From positions 1 to 62,768 of the forward strand of contig JBAZJR010000006.1 in the NCBI GenBank assembly GCA_041651195.1: a DNA stretch of 62,768 nt, written 5' to 3'. Made by a program: the position numbers and the translations under genes. Positions 8,588 through 17,819 of this stretch are shown here, one piece after another. The stretch comes from Patescibacteria group bacterium. GTDB lineage: Bacteria; Patescibacteriota; Patescibacteriia; Patescibacteriales; UBA12465. The notes under the pieces were generated by a model. It saw nothing but the letters and a program-made list of their open reading frames with translations, had not been told where the DNA came from and did not search any database. Numbering within the stretch: position 1 is the stretch's first letter; every line of letters starts with the position of its first letter.

Positions 8588-9679
8588 TTAAGGGCCGGTG
8601 GTTATTAGATCGACTAATTTAGCGCTTTGTTTTTCCCAATTGAATTCCCGGATCGCCCTGATGCGTCCTTGCTCCCCTAATCGGCGCCTCAACTCCGGGC
8701 CAGCGGCTAAGCTCGTTATCGCTGCTCCGATCTCGACCGGATCTTCCGGATCCACCACTAAGCCGTTATAAGCGTCGATGACGGCATCGCTAACGCCGCC
8801 GGCGCGTCCCGCGATCACTGGCTTGCCGCTCAGATTAGCCTCAAGATAAACGATCCCGAAGCCCTCGAAATCGCCGTGGATATCGCGGGCGGGCATAATA
8901 AAGATATCGCATTTCTTAAGCCAGATCCATTTTTCTGTTTCCGTCAGCTCGCCCAGGAAGATAATCTTATTCGCCAGCCTAGCTGGCACTAAGCGGCGCA
9001 AATATTCTTCCTGCGGTCCGCGGCCGGCAAGGAAATAAACCAGGTTATCAGCTAGCGCGGGCGGCAGCTGATCTAAGGCTTTAATAGTCTGGTCAAAGCC
9101 CTTGCGCCGGATCAGGCGGCCGAGGCTGAATAAGACAGTCTTGCCCGACAGATCATAGCTCATTTCTAATTCCAGCAATTCATTAGGACTGACTATCGGC
9201 GCACCTCCTGGTACGCCCGGGTTGACGACGGCTATTTTGTTCTTTGCCGCAGGATATAATTCTTCAGTTTGGCGGGCGACATAACTGTTGGCGCAGATAA
9301 TCTTGTCGGCTCGCCCGAGGATTAGGCCGGCCAGCCATTTTTTCCTACCTGACTTCAAGGCGGAACTTAAATCTAAGCCGTGCAGGAAAACTCCGTATTT
9401 GAAAGACTGGAACCAAGACAGGAGCCAGGCAACGGTGCCAAGCGGCAAGATCTGCCCGACCAGGACGTAATCAATCTGATTTTTCTTAATCTTACGCCGC
9501 AAAAGGCTGATTGCCGGACGCCAGGCAAAAAAATCACGGCCGCGCAAAAGTTCGCCTCGGTTATTATTCAGGATCACAAGCCTTTCAGCTAGCGGCCAGT
9601 GGCTAGCTAAATTACCATAATAATTAGCGATGCCGCCTTTGAAAGGTGGAAATTCAAGGGTAAAAAGCAAGGTTTTCAT
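8588..9679 (-). CDS. glycosyltransferase family 4 (GT-B, GT1/GT4 type)
   Basis: 363 aa. C-terminal GRLIRRKGFD ... EGFGIVYLEANLSGKPVIAGRAGGVSDAV (E-x7-E region). ATGA overlap with the flippase gene. Confidence 0.85.
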   Translation of the reverse strand: MKTLLFTLEFPPFKGGIANYYGNLASHWPLAERLVILNNNRGELLRGRDFFAWRPAISLLRRKIKKNQIDYVLVGQILPLGTVAWLLSWFQSFKYGVFLHGLDLSSALKSGRKKWLAGLILGRADKIICANSYVARQTEELYPAAKNKIAVVNPGVPGGAPIVSPNELLELEMSYDLSGKTVLFSLGRLIRRKGFDQTIKALDQLPPALADNLVYFLAGRGPQEEYLRRLVPARLANKIIFLGELTETEKWIWLKKCDIFIMPARDIHGDFEGFGIVYLEANLSGKPVIAGRAGGVSDAVIDAYNGLVVDPEDPVEIGAAITSLAAGPELRRRLGEQGRIRAIREFNWEKQSAKLVDLITTGP

Positions 9680-11133
9680 AATTCGTCCGGCGCCTTATCG
9701 GTCCGTTTAAATGACTCGTAAATGCTGATAATATCTGCCCGCCGCAAGCCGCCTAATAAGAGCAGCGCTAAAAAATATAAAAAACCGCCGATGATCGTCA
9801 ATAAAAAAATATTCACGTAAGCTTTCCCGACTAAGATGATTATACCCATAATCAAGGAGGATAAGAAGACCTTGCCGAACATCAGAAGATTCTTGTCGGA
9901 GCGGTAAACGATTATTTTCCGGACAGCTATTAATCCGAGCAAGGACATTAGGCCGCTTGTCGCCAGGACGGTCAAGCTGGCGCCGACGGCCTGGAAACGC
10001 GGAATGAGCAATAGGTTCAAGGCGATGCTACAAAGAGTGACAATCGCGATATTCCGGGTATTCTTGCGCTGGGCATCGCAAGCGTTCAAAAGCGAACCGA
10101 TGGGAAAGTTGATAAAAACGAAAAGCAGGGCCACGATAGAGATGCGGAGCGGCCAGATCGCGCCGTCATAGCCGCTCTTGAAGAGCAGGACGATCTTATC
10201 AGACAAGACGATCGCTCCGACGATGATCGGCACGGAGATGATGATCAGATAATTCAAGGCCCGCTCGAAAGAGATTGCTAATTGCTCGCGGTTGGTGTGC
10301 CAGTAAGTGCTCATCGCCGGATACAAGGAGGCCGTAAAGGCCATCGGTAAGAACTGCAGGGCAAAAATTATCTTAAAAGCGACCTGATAGAGCCCGACCT
10401 GGGTATCGCCCGCTAAAACGGATAATAAGACGGAGTCTAAATAAGTATACAAATTCTGAAAAATAGCGTAAACACCGAAAGGCCAGCTGATCATCAGTAT
10501 TTCCTTCATAAACGGCCTATCCATTAAGGCGCGAACCCTGATCTTTAGACGATATCTGACAATGCTCAGGGAGAAGAAAAAATTATAGCTGCTAGCCAGC
10601 GCCAAGGCGCCCATCGCCGGCAATAAACCGCCGCCCAAGAGCAAGGCGCTATAACCGACCATAAGAACAATCAATTGATAGATAACTGAAGAGATGCTTT
10701 CATATTTCAAAGTATGGAAACCGCGGGCGACCGCGAAAAAAGTGCTGGTAAAAGAATCCAAAACCATAGATATAGCGGAGATATAGACGAGAGAGCGCGT
10801 CAGGGGATCATAGGGCAAAATATTAACTATGATCAAAACGACAGCGAGAGCAAAAAAAGCCAAAGGAATCTTTAGGCCTAAGACATTTCCCAGCCAGCGC
10901 GTCGCCTGCGCCTTATCCTTGGCGACCTCTCTGGTCAAGGCATTAGTCAGGCCGATATCAATAAAGATGGAAAAAATAGAGGTAAAAGATATGGCCAGAT
11001 AATACTTGCCGAGGTTGGCCGGGCCGACATAGCGGGCCAAAAGCGTAAAATAGGAAAAGGAGATGATCTTTTGTAGAATTAGGGCAAAAGTCAGATACGA
11101 GGTATTTTTGGCGATATTTCCGATTTTTGTCAT
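9676..11133 (-). CDS. polysaccharide/oligosaccharide flippase (Wzx, MOP superfamily)
   Basis: 485 aa with about 12-14 TM helices. N-terminal NTSYLTFALILQKIISFSYFTLLARYVGP is typical of Polysacc_synt proteins. Confidence 0.8.
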   Translation of the reverse strand: MTKIGNIAKNTSYLTFALILQKIISFSYFTLLARYVGPANLGKYYLAISFTSIFSIFIDIGLTNALTREVAKDKAQATRWLGNVLGLKIPLAFFALAVVLIIVNILPYDPLTRSLVYISAISMVLDSFTSTFFAVARGFHTLKYESISSVIYQLIVLMVGYSALLLGGGLLPAMGALALASSYNFFFSLSIVRYRLKIRVRALMDRPFMKEILMISWPFGVYAIFQNLYTYLDSVLLSVLAGDTQVGLYQVAFKIIFALQFLPMAFTASLYPAMSTYWHTNREQLAISFERALNYLIIISVPIIVGAIVLSDKIVLLFKSGYDGAIWPLRISIVALLFVFINFPIGSLLNACDAQRKNTRNIAIVTLCSIALNLLLIPRFQAVGASLTVLATSGLMSLLGLIAVRKIIVYRSDKNLLMFGKVFLSSLIMGIIILVGKAYVNIFLLTIIGGFLYFLALLLLGGLRRADIISIYESFKRTDKAPDEL

Positions 11134-11250
11134 ATAATAGCCGCTGCTCTTGATTAAATTTAAAACTTATGATAACATCATATTACCATAAAATTATTAT
11201 AAATAATAATCTAAATTTTATTTATAAGCGATAAAATTTTTTTTATAAGT

Positions 11251-11586
11251 ATGAAATCCGACATCCATCCTAAATATTATTCTAACTGTAAAGTGACCTG
11301 CGTTTGCGGGAATACTTTCCTGACCGGCTCGACCGAACCGGAAATCAAGGTTGAACTATGTTCCGCCTGCCATCCTTTTTATACTGGTAAGCAGAAATTA
11401 GTCGATACCGCGCGCCGTGTTGAGAAATTTACCGCTAAAGCTAGCGCGAAAGAAGGTATCGCTAAACTCAAGAAGGGCAAGAAAGTCAAACGGGCGGCCC
11501 GCGCTGAAGTCAGATCGCGGAAAGAGGTGGTCGTCAAGACTAAGGATTTGAAAAAGATCGCCCAGGTCAAATTGAACAAAAAATAG
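11251..11586 (+). CDS. rpmE: 50S ribosomal protein L31 (Zn-ribbon type A) with a long basic C-terminal tail
   Basis: [28 protein letters not shown] core in the first ~70 aa, then a ~40-aa Lys/Arg/Ala-rich extension. Confidence 0.9.
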   Translation: MKSDIHPKYYSNCKVTCVCGNTFLTGSTEPEIKVELCSACHPFYTGKQKLVDTARRVEKFTAKASAKEGIAKLKKGKKVKRAARAEVRSRKEVVVKTKDLKKIAQVKLNKK

Positions 11587-11625
11587 CTTCGATCAAAAAG
11601 CAATCGGTTTTTATTTGGCATTTTA

Positions 11626-11634
11626 TGCTAAAAT
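11626..11634 (+). promoter_or_regulatory. candidate extended -10 (TGCTAAAAT) for prfA-prmC
   Basis: TGnTAAAAT element about 80 nt upstream of the prfA ATG. No clear -35. Confidence 0.35.
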
Positions 11635-11715
11635 AGAGAATAGGCCGGTTGTTTTTTATTGTTGGATATTCGTCCGGCATAAAATGCCTACGTCATTTAA
11701 ATAAAATCTCATAAT

Positions 11716-12762
11716 ATGTACGAAGAAATCAAAGATCGCTTCGCCGCCCTAGAAAAAAAACTGATGGATCCCGCCCTGATGAGCGATCAGGTAGAACTTA
11801 AGAAAACCTCGCAGGAACACGCTGGCTTAAAAAAAGCTATGGCGCTGATTTTAGAATTGGAAAAAATCGCTGATAATATCCGGCAGAATAAAGAGATTAT
11901 CGCCGGGGAAACCGGCGAGCTGCAGGAAATGGCGCAAAGCGAACTGGCGGCCCTGCTGCCGCAAGCCGAGAGATTGCAGGAAGAACTGGAAGAAGAGCTC
12001 CATCCGGCCAGCCCGAACGATAAGAAGAACGCTATCTTGGAGATCCGCGCCGGCACCGGCGGCGATGAAGCGGCCTTATTCGCCGGCGACCTCTTCCGGA
12101 TGTACTCGCGTTTTTGCGAACGGCGCGGCTGGAAATTAGCTTTGATCGATTCCAGCGTCATCGGCATCGGCGGCTATAAAGAAATCATCTTTGAGGTTAA
12201 AGGCGAAGGCGCTTATGGCTTATTAAAATTTGAGGCCGGTACGCATCGCGTCCAAAGAGTGCCCGAAACTGAGAAACAGGGCCGCGTCCATACCTCGACC
12301 GCGACCGTCGTCGTCCTACCTGAAGCCGAAGAGATCGATATCGAGATAAAGGCCAACGATGTCCGGATCGATACTTTCTGCTCCAGCGGTCCAGGCGGCC
12401 AGAGCGTCAACACGACCTATTCCGCGGTCCGCCTCGTCCATATCCCGACCGGGATCATGGTCAGCTCGCAAACCGAACGTTCCCAGCATCAGAATAAAGA
12501 ACGCGCTTTCCAAGTCCTGCGTTCCCGTTTGCTAGCTAGGCAAGAAGAAGAGCGGCGCCTAGCCAGCTCTAACGCCCACGCGACGCAAGTCGGCGCCGGC
12601 GACCGGGCGGATAAGATCCGCACCTATAATTTTCCGCAAGACCGCGTTACCGACCACCGCATCAATATTTCCTGGCACAGTATTACCCGGATAATGGATG
12701 GCGAGATCGATGAAATGATCGGTGAATTAAAAAAAACGGCTAAGGCAGAAATGAATAAATAA
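11716..12762 (+). CDS. prfA: peptide chain release factor 1
   Basis: 348 aa. RVQRVPETEKQGRVHTS (PxT-type RF1 recognition loop, here PET) and a GGQ motif (SSGPGGQSVNTT). Confidence 0.9.
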   Translation: MYEEIKDRFAALEKKLMDPALMSDQVELKKTSQEHAGLKKAMALILELEKIADNIRQNKEIIAGETGELQEMAQSELAALLPQAERLQEELEEELHPASPNDKKNAILEIRAGTGGDEAALFAGDLFRMYSRFCERRGWKLALIDSSVIGIGGYKEIIFEVKGEGAYGLLKFEAGTHRVQRVPETEKQGRVHTSTATVVVLPEAEEIDIEIKANDVRIDTFCSSGPGGQSVNTTYSAVRLVHIPTGIMVSSQTERSQHQNKERAFQVLRSRLLARQEEERRLASSNAHATQVGAGDRADKIRTYNFPQDRVTDHRINISWHSITRIMDGEIDEMIGELKKTAKAEMNK

Positions 12763-12763
12763 A

Positions 12764-13672
12764 ATGCCCATAGTTACTGGAAACAAACATTCAGCCAAGA
12801 TTTTCACTGATATTTTACGCGCCTCTCCGCTGCCCAGATTAGAAACAGAGATTCTCATCTCTTTTTTATTGGGTAAATCACGCGAGTACCTGATGGCTCA
12901 TCCGGAAACTAAAATACCTTTTAATTTATATAGAAAATTTGAGGCTCTAGAAACCAAGCGCCTGAAAAACTGGCCCATCGCTTATCTGACCGGACATAAA
13001 GAGTTTTACGGCCTTGATTTTAAAGTGAGTCCGGCGGTCTTGACGCCGCGGCCGGAAACAGAAATGATAGTCGAGGAGATTGTCAGCTTGATTGGGCCTG
13101 ATCAATATAGATACGACAAAGAGCCTTGCATAATAGACATCGGCACCGGTTCCGGCGCGATCATCATCGCGCTGGCCAGCGAGATCAGACGTCTCTTCCC
13201 TGCCCGTTTCCATAAAATTAAATTCGCCGCCGTAGATATTTCCGCGGCTGCTTTGAAAATCGCCGCCCAAAACGCCCGCCAACATAAATTAGCGGGAAAA
13301 ATAAAATTTTATCGCGGCAACCTCTTAAGGCCGCTTAAGCTTCGGGCCCTGGAAGAGCGGCCGCTGATCATTGTCGCCAACCTGCCCTATCTGACTCCGG
13401 TCCAGATAAAAAGGTCTCCGAGCATCAGCTACGAGCCTAAACTGGCCCTAGACGGCGGCATAGATGGATTGAAATACTATCGACGCTTATTAAGACAATT
13501 AGATCAGGCCCCTTTTACTGATTCGTTTCTGAATCTATTTTGTGAAATAGACCCGAGCCAGGCGACTCGGCTAAAATTTATGGTCAGCGCGCATTGGACT
13601 GATGCCCGATACCTAATCAAGAAAGACCTGGCTGGACAGCGCCGCTTAGCTCGGATCGTCAAGGGCTATTAA
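12764..13672 (+). CDS. prmC: release-factor glutamine N5-methyltransferase PrmC/HemK
   Basis: 302 aa, starting 1 nt after prfA. SAM motif IIDIGTGSGAI. Catalytic motif IV reads VANLPYL (NLPY rather than the usual NPPY). Confidence 0.8.
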   Translation: MPIVTGNKHSAKIFTDILRASPLPRLETEILISFLLGKSREYLMAHPETKIPFNLYRKFEALETKRLKNWPIAYLTGHKEFYGLDFKVSPAVLTPRPETEMIVEEIVSLIGPDQYRYDKEPCIIDIGTGSGAIIIALASEIRRLFPARFHKIKFAAVDISAAALKIAAQNARQHKLAGKIKFYRGNLLRPLKLRALEERPLIIVANLPYLTPVQIKRSPSISYEPKLALDGGIDGLKYYRRLLRQLDQAPFTDSFLNLFCEIDPSQATRLKFMVSAHWTDARYLIKKDLAGQRRLARIVKGY

Positions 13673-13760
13673 GTATAAATTGGTTCCGGATCATGGATTT
13701 GCACCACGATGCGCGGCTTCAAAGGCCGCTGTCTTACTAACTTAGACCAATCCGGAATAC

Positions 13761-13789
13761 AAAAAGTCAGCCGCGCGGCTGACTTTTTA
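13761..13789. terminator. bidirectional terminator between convergent prmC and rplY
   Basis: Stem AGTCAGCCG (13765-13773) / CGGCTGACT (13776-13784), flanked by AAAA and TTTT. Confidence 0.75.
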
Positions 13790-13798
13790 AATAGGCTT

Positions 13799-14449
13799 TT
13801 ATTGTTTCTTTTCGGCCTCTTTCTTGGCTCCTTCGGCCGGGGCGTTCGCTCCCGCAGCCGGGGCTCCGGCGGCGGCTTCCGCCGCTGGCTCAGCGGCCAC
13901 CGGCTCTTCTTCTACTTTCGGTTCTTTAACTGCGGCGACCACTTCGTTGGTATGCAGGAGAAGGGTCATTCCTTTCGGCAGGATCAGGTCGTTAACATGG
14001 ATGGAATCGTCGAAAGTTTTCAGAACCGAGATATCGACATCGATATGATCGACTAAATCGGTCGGCAAACATTCAACCTCTACGGAACTCATATCCTTGA
14101 TCAAAGCGCCGCCCAATTCCTTGACGGCCTTAGCTTCGCCGATAAAATGCAGAGGGATTTCCGTCGTGATCTTCTCTTTCATATTCACCTGGTAGAAGTC
14201 GACATGGGTATAGAAATTCTTCAGGACATCGCGCTGGGTCTCTTTAACAAGAACCTTGACCGTTTCTTTATCTACTTCTAAATCGATCAGGTTAGATTCT
14301 CCCGCCTGTCCGAAAACTTTATCAAAATCGACTTTCTTGATCTGCAGATTCTTGTTGGCCACCCCTTTGCCGTATAAGACGCCTGGCAAATAATCCGGAC
14401 CGACTTTCTTCTTATCTTCCCGAAGCTGGGCGCTGAGTTTGATCGTCAT
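13799..14449 (-). CDS. rplY: 50S ribosomal protein L25 (long Ctc form)
   Basis: 216 aa. N-terminal LSAQLRED..LPGVLYGKG and two beta domains. C-terminal Ala/Pro/Glu/Lys low-complexity tail. Confidence 0.85.
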   Translation of the reverse strand: MTIKLSAQLREDKKKVGPDYLPGVLYGKGVANKNLQIKKVDFDKVFGQAGESNLIDLEVDKETVKVLVKETQRDVLKNFYTHVDFYQVNMKEKITTEIPLHFIGEAKAVKELGGALIKDMSSVEVECLPTDLVDHIDVDISVLKTFDDSIHVNDLILPKGMTLLLHTNEVVAAVKEPKVEEEPVAAEPAAEAAAGAPAAGANAPAEGAKKEAEKKQ

Positions 14450-14453
14450 AAGA

Positions 14454-15560
14454 TTAATAACTAATTTTTGATTTAATAATGATATTTTCCACTATGCCCA
14501 CCAGGATCAAAAGCGAGACTAGCGAGCTCCCTCCGTAACTGACGAAAGGCAGGGGCAGGCCGACAACCGGCATAATCCCTAAGTTCATACCAATATTAAT
14601 AAACATTTGGATAAAAATCAAGCCTCCGGCGCCTAAGAGGAAATAAATACCGAAATCATTATTGATTTTACTTAAAATTGAGAAACAGCGGAAAAAAAAT
14701 ATAAAATAAAAAGCTAATATCAGCGCAACCCCTAAAAACCCTAGCTCTTCGGCAATAACGGCAAAAATGAAGTCAGTCTGCGCTTCCGGCAAGAACTTCA
14801 GCTGGGATTGCGAGCCAAAACCAACGCCTTTGCCGGTCAGACCGCCGGAGCCGACGGCGATGATTGCCTGCGAGATATTATAACCGGACTCCAAAGCGTT
14901 CTCTCCGGGATTGAAGAAATTAAGGATTCTTTCCTTCTGGTAATCTTTAAACAGGAAAAACCAAGAAACAGCCAGGATCAGGATCGCGGCCAAGCCGACG
15001 ACTAAGAAATATTTTTTAGGGAAACCGGCGGCTAGGATCATAACCAGCCAGATGGCGCCAAGGATCATCGTAGAGCCGAAATCCGGCTGCATAATTACTA
15101 AGAAGACTAGAAAAGCCGCGCTGGCGGCGGAAATTAAAAAATGGCGGGCCGTCTTAACCCGGGTCGCCAAATTAGAAAAATATTTCGCTAAAAATAAGAT
15201 CAGGACGATCTTGACGAATTCTACCGGCTGCAGGCCAAGGCCGAAAAGCGAAAACCAGCCTTTCGTGCCGCGAATAGTCTGACCGAAGACCAGGACGGCT
15301 ACTAAAATAATGGCCGCTAAGACATAAAAATAACGGCTCAGACTCCGCAAGAAACGGTAATCGATAAAAGCAAAGGCAAATAACAGAAAGAATCCGGTGC
15401 CGGCGAAGACCAATTGTTTCTTAAAATTGAGGAGATTGCCGCTGCCCTGCCCTAGAGCTACGCTATAAATCTCTACCAGCCCGAAAGTTACCAGCAGGAA
15501 GACGGAAGCGAAAATAATCCAATCGAAATTCTTAAGATAGAGCTTGAAACGGCTAAGCAT
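14454..15560 (-). CDS. FtsW/RodA/SpoVE (SEDS) family peptidoglycan polymerase
   Basis: 368 aa, polytopic. PDFGSTMIL and GKGVGFGSQSQLKFLPEAQTDFIFAVIAEELGFLG motifs. Confidence 0.85.
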   Translation of the reverse strand: MLSRFKLYLKNFDWIIFASVFLLVTFGLVEIYSVALGQGSGNLLNFKKQLVFAGTGFFLLFAFAFIDYRFLRSLSRYFYVLAAIILVAVLVFGQTIRGTKGWFSLFGLGLQPVEFVKIVLILFLAKYFSNLATRVKTARHFLISAASAAFLVFLVIMQPDFGSTMILGAIWLVMILAAGFPKKYFLVVGLAAILILAVSWFFLFKDYQKERILNFFNPGENALESGYNISQAIIAVGSGGLTGKGVGFGSQSQLKFLPEAQTDFIFAVIAEELGFLGVALILAFYFIFFFRCFSILSKINNDFGIYFLLGAGGLIFIQMFINIGMNLGIMPVVGLPLPFVSYGGSSLVSLLILVGIVENIIIKSKISY

Positions 15561-15563
15561 AGT

Positions 15564-16463
15564 TTATTCGGAAGAAGCGCCCTGATATTTCAGATAAGCC
15601 GCTTCATCGATAATATTCAGATCCGGCACGATCTCTGTCCGATTGACCCCGCCTAGATTATCCGGCCAGACCATCTTAATCTGGCGCTCGGCTCCCGCCA
15701 GGAAATCCTGCAAGATATAGCGGTTTACGCCCACCAGCTCCGCGCCGCTGTATAGCAAGATGTTCAAAGGCACTTCATAATAACTATAAGCGGTCTGGTT
15801 CTGGATAGAAAAAGACAGACTATTTAAGTTGATCTTATCCGACAAGCTATTCATCGCGCCAGCGGAAAAACTCAGCTCTGAAACCGAAAAATCCAGACGG
15901 CTGGCCAGATAGGCGTTCCAATCCGGGATCTGATGGGCGTTTATCCGACGCCAAAAAATATCAGTGATAGCGAAGGCAGCCTCGCTCTGGCTGCCGGATA
16001 AGCGCTGGCCGAGAGCAAAAATATATTTTTCTGAAGCCGGCAGGATAAACCCTTCGCCGCAAGCCAGGTCCTCGCCGGCTAAGGTGAAACAATATTTGAA
16101 AGTCGCCATGAACTTATCGTTCTGGTTCCTTAATTTAACGGCTAAATCAACCTGCTCATCATGAGAAAATATCTCAAGCGGCGCGATTTCCAAATCAACG
16201 GTCAATTGGCGGGGAGAAGTCGGCACAGCAACGGTAATCTCGGCATTAGGGTCGCCCGCCAAAAAATAATTGATCAGGCCATAGGAAGAATAGATAAAGA
16301 AAAAAGCGCACAACACGATCAGACCGACTGTCAGAACCTTTAATAATTTCTGACGATTCTCCGAGAGCCACAAGCCGAAATTCAGCTCGCGCAGGCTGAT
16401 GCCGGTCGGATCATCGTAATTCTTGAGATCGATATCCTTATTTAGATTTTCCTCTTTTGACAT
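15564..16463 (-). CDS. hypothetical single-pass membrane protein
   Basis: 299 aa. One TM helix (LKVLTVGLIVLCAFFFIYSSYGLINYFL), then an extracytoplasmic domain. 3-nt gap to the SEDS gene. No family recognised. Confidence 0.5.
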   Translation of the reverse strand: MSKEENLNKDIDLKNYDDPTGISLRELNFGLWLSENRQKLLKVLTVGLIVLCAFFFIYSSYGLINYFLAGDPNAEITVAVPTSPRQLTVDLEIAPLEIFSHDEQVDLAVKLRNQNDKFMATFKYCFTLAGEDLACGEGFILPASEKYIFALGQRLSGSQSEAAFAITDIFWRRINAHQIPDWNAYLASRLDFSVSELSFSAGAMNSLSDKINLNSLSFSIQNQTAYSYYEVPLNILLYSGAELVGVNRYILQDFLAGAERQIKMVWPDNLGGVNRTEIVPDLNIIDEAAYLKYQGASSE

Positions 16464-16468
16464 ATTTA

Positions 16469-16477
16469 TGATATAAT
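16469..16477 (+). promoter_or_regulatory. candidate extended -10 (TGATATAAT) for the aldolase gene
   Basis: TGnTATAAT element about 48 nt upstream of the ATG at 16525. Confidence 0.35.
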
Positions 16478-16524
16478 CTTCTTGTCCTTATCATACCATA
16501 ATATTATAAATTTATAAATAATTT

Positions 16525-17475
16525 ATGCTGAAAATCAATATTCCGGCCAGCGTTCCGCGCCGCTTCCAAGACGAATATCGTAAGAATTATGCTTCCCTGA
16601 CTAACCAGAGCGGCCGCCTGCTCCTCATCGCCGGAGACCAGAAGGTAGAGCATCTTAACGCCGACTTTTTCGGCCCCGGTATCAGCCCCGAAGATAATGA
16701 ACCGGAACACCTTTTCAGGATTGCCGCGGCTTCCCAAGGAGGCGTCTTGGCGACCCACCTGGGCCTGATCTCCCGTTATGGCCACCATTACCGGCAGATT
16801 CCTTATATCGTTAAGTTAAACGGCAAGACTAACCTAGGGCCGAACGAAGATAAAGATTCTAGCCGCGCCTGGTGGACGGTGGCGGATATAGTTAAATGCA
16901 AGAAAGATAGTGGCCTAAAAATCGTCGGCATCGGCTATACTTTATATCTAGGCGGAAAATACGAGGCACGGATGCTAGCTGAAGCTGCTCAAGCGGTCTA
17001 TCAAGCGCACCAAGCCGGATTGACCTCGGTCATCTGGGTTTATCCCCGCGGCAAGAACATCAAAGAAGAAGATGTCCACATTATCGCTGGCGGCGCTGGC
17101 GTTGTCGCGGCCTTGGACGCGGATTTCGTTAAAGTAAAGTATCCCTACGGCCTCAAGGACCGATCAGCCGCCGCGCGGCGTTTCCGTGAAGTCACGGCAG
17201 CCGCCGGTCGGACCAAGATCGTCTGCGTCGGCGGTGAAAAACGGCCGGTCAAAGATTTATTGGAATATCTAGAAGTCCAGATCAAAGTCGCTGGCACGAG
17301 CGGCTTGGCGATGGGGCGGAATCTGCACCAGAGATCCTTAGAAGAAGCGACGCGGCTCAGCGCGGCTCTGGGGGCGATCATATTCCATAATAAGAGCGCG
17401 AAAGAAGCAGGCGCGATATACGCGGCCAAGAAAAAACCGGTCACCAAAAATAGCCGCTTTCTCGGATTATTTTAA
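16525..17475 (+). CDS. class I aldolase, DhnA/FbaB (DeoC/LacD superfamily) type, probable fructose-bisphosphate aldolase
   Basis: 316 aa. LLLIAGDQKVEHL near the N-terminus and DADFVKVKYP (Schiff-base Lys context). Family-level call only. Confidence 0.65.
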   Translation: MLKINIPASVPRRFQDEYRKNYASLTNQSGRLLLIAGDQKVEHLNADFFGPGISPEDNEPEHLFRIAAASQGGVLATHLGLISRYGHHYRQIPYIVKLNGKTNLGPNEDKDSSRAWWTVADIVKCKKDSGLKIVGIGYTLYLGGKYEARMLAEAAQAVYQAHQAGLTSVIWVYPRGKNIKEEDVHIIAGGAGVVAALDADFVKVKYPYGLKDRSAAARRFREVTAAAGRTKIVCVGGEKRPVKDLLEYLEVQIKVAGTSGLAMGRNLHQRSLEEATRLSAALGAIIFHNKSAKEAGAIYAAKKKPVTKNSRFLGLF

Positions 17476-17489
17476 AATTTTCTCCAAAG

Positions 17490-17518
17490 ATTGACAAAAT
17501 AATTCTCATTTACTAAAG
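17490..17518 (+). promoter_or_regulatory. candidate sigma-70 promoter (TTGACA-17-TAAAGT)
   Basis: ttgacaaaataattctcatttactaaagt lies immediately after the aldolase stop. It precedes a small ORF or RNA that ends at the terminator at 17782-17819. Confidence 0.45.
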
Positions 17519-17545
17519 TAATAATGCACTTCCAAGAGGTGACTT

Positions 17546-17716
17546 ATGGTTCTTCTAATTTTTGGAAGTCTCCCCCTGCGCATATTGCCAGGCAACCGGT
17601 TGGGAATCCTCTATTTCTTGTTCCCACCTTCGATCCCATTCAATAAGGCTGCGGCCTTGAATAATGTTGAAAGAACATTGAATACCGGCGATCAAGGAAA
17701 GGGAGACTGTCTTTAG
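17546..17716 (+). CDS. possible 56-aa small hydrophobic protein (below the ORF-track cutoff)
   Basis: ATG preceded by AGAGGTGA with ~4-5 nt spacing. Product MVLLIFGSLPLRILPGNRLGILYFLFPPSIPF.... It has its own promoter and terminator. It could instead be a non-coding RNA. Confidence 0.3.
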   Translation: MVLLIFGSLPLRILPGNRLGILYFLFPPSIPFNKAAALNNVERTLNTGDQGKGDCL

Positions 17717-17781
17717 GCAGAGCTCGAGAGGCTAAGCTCTGCCGTAAAAACCACTATTTACCTAAACCCCTCTCTCATCTT

Positions 17782-17819
17782 AAAAAGCTCCGGTTTATTT
17801 TATCCGGAGCTTGTTTTTT
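17782..17819. terminator. bidirectional terminator
   Basis: Stem AAGCTCCGG (17785-17793) / CCGGAGCTT (17804-17812), with an A-run before and GTTTTTTATTTT after. Serves the plus-strand small unit and the minus-strand helicase gene. Confidence 0.75.

Noticed and set aside
17476-17817. SRP RNA, tmRNA or 6S RNA in the orphan promoter-terminator unit
   Set aside because: I could not find the SRP domain IV motif (GGAA-capped helix with AGCA/GGA loops), a tRNA-like end, or a long 6S-type imperfect duplex. It remains as an unassigned small ORF or RNA.
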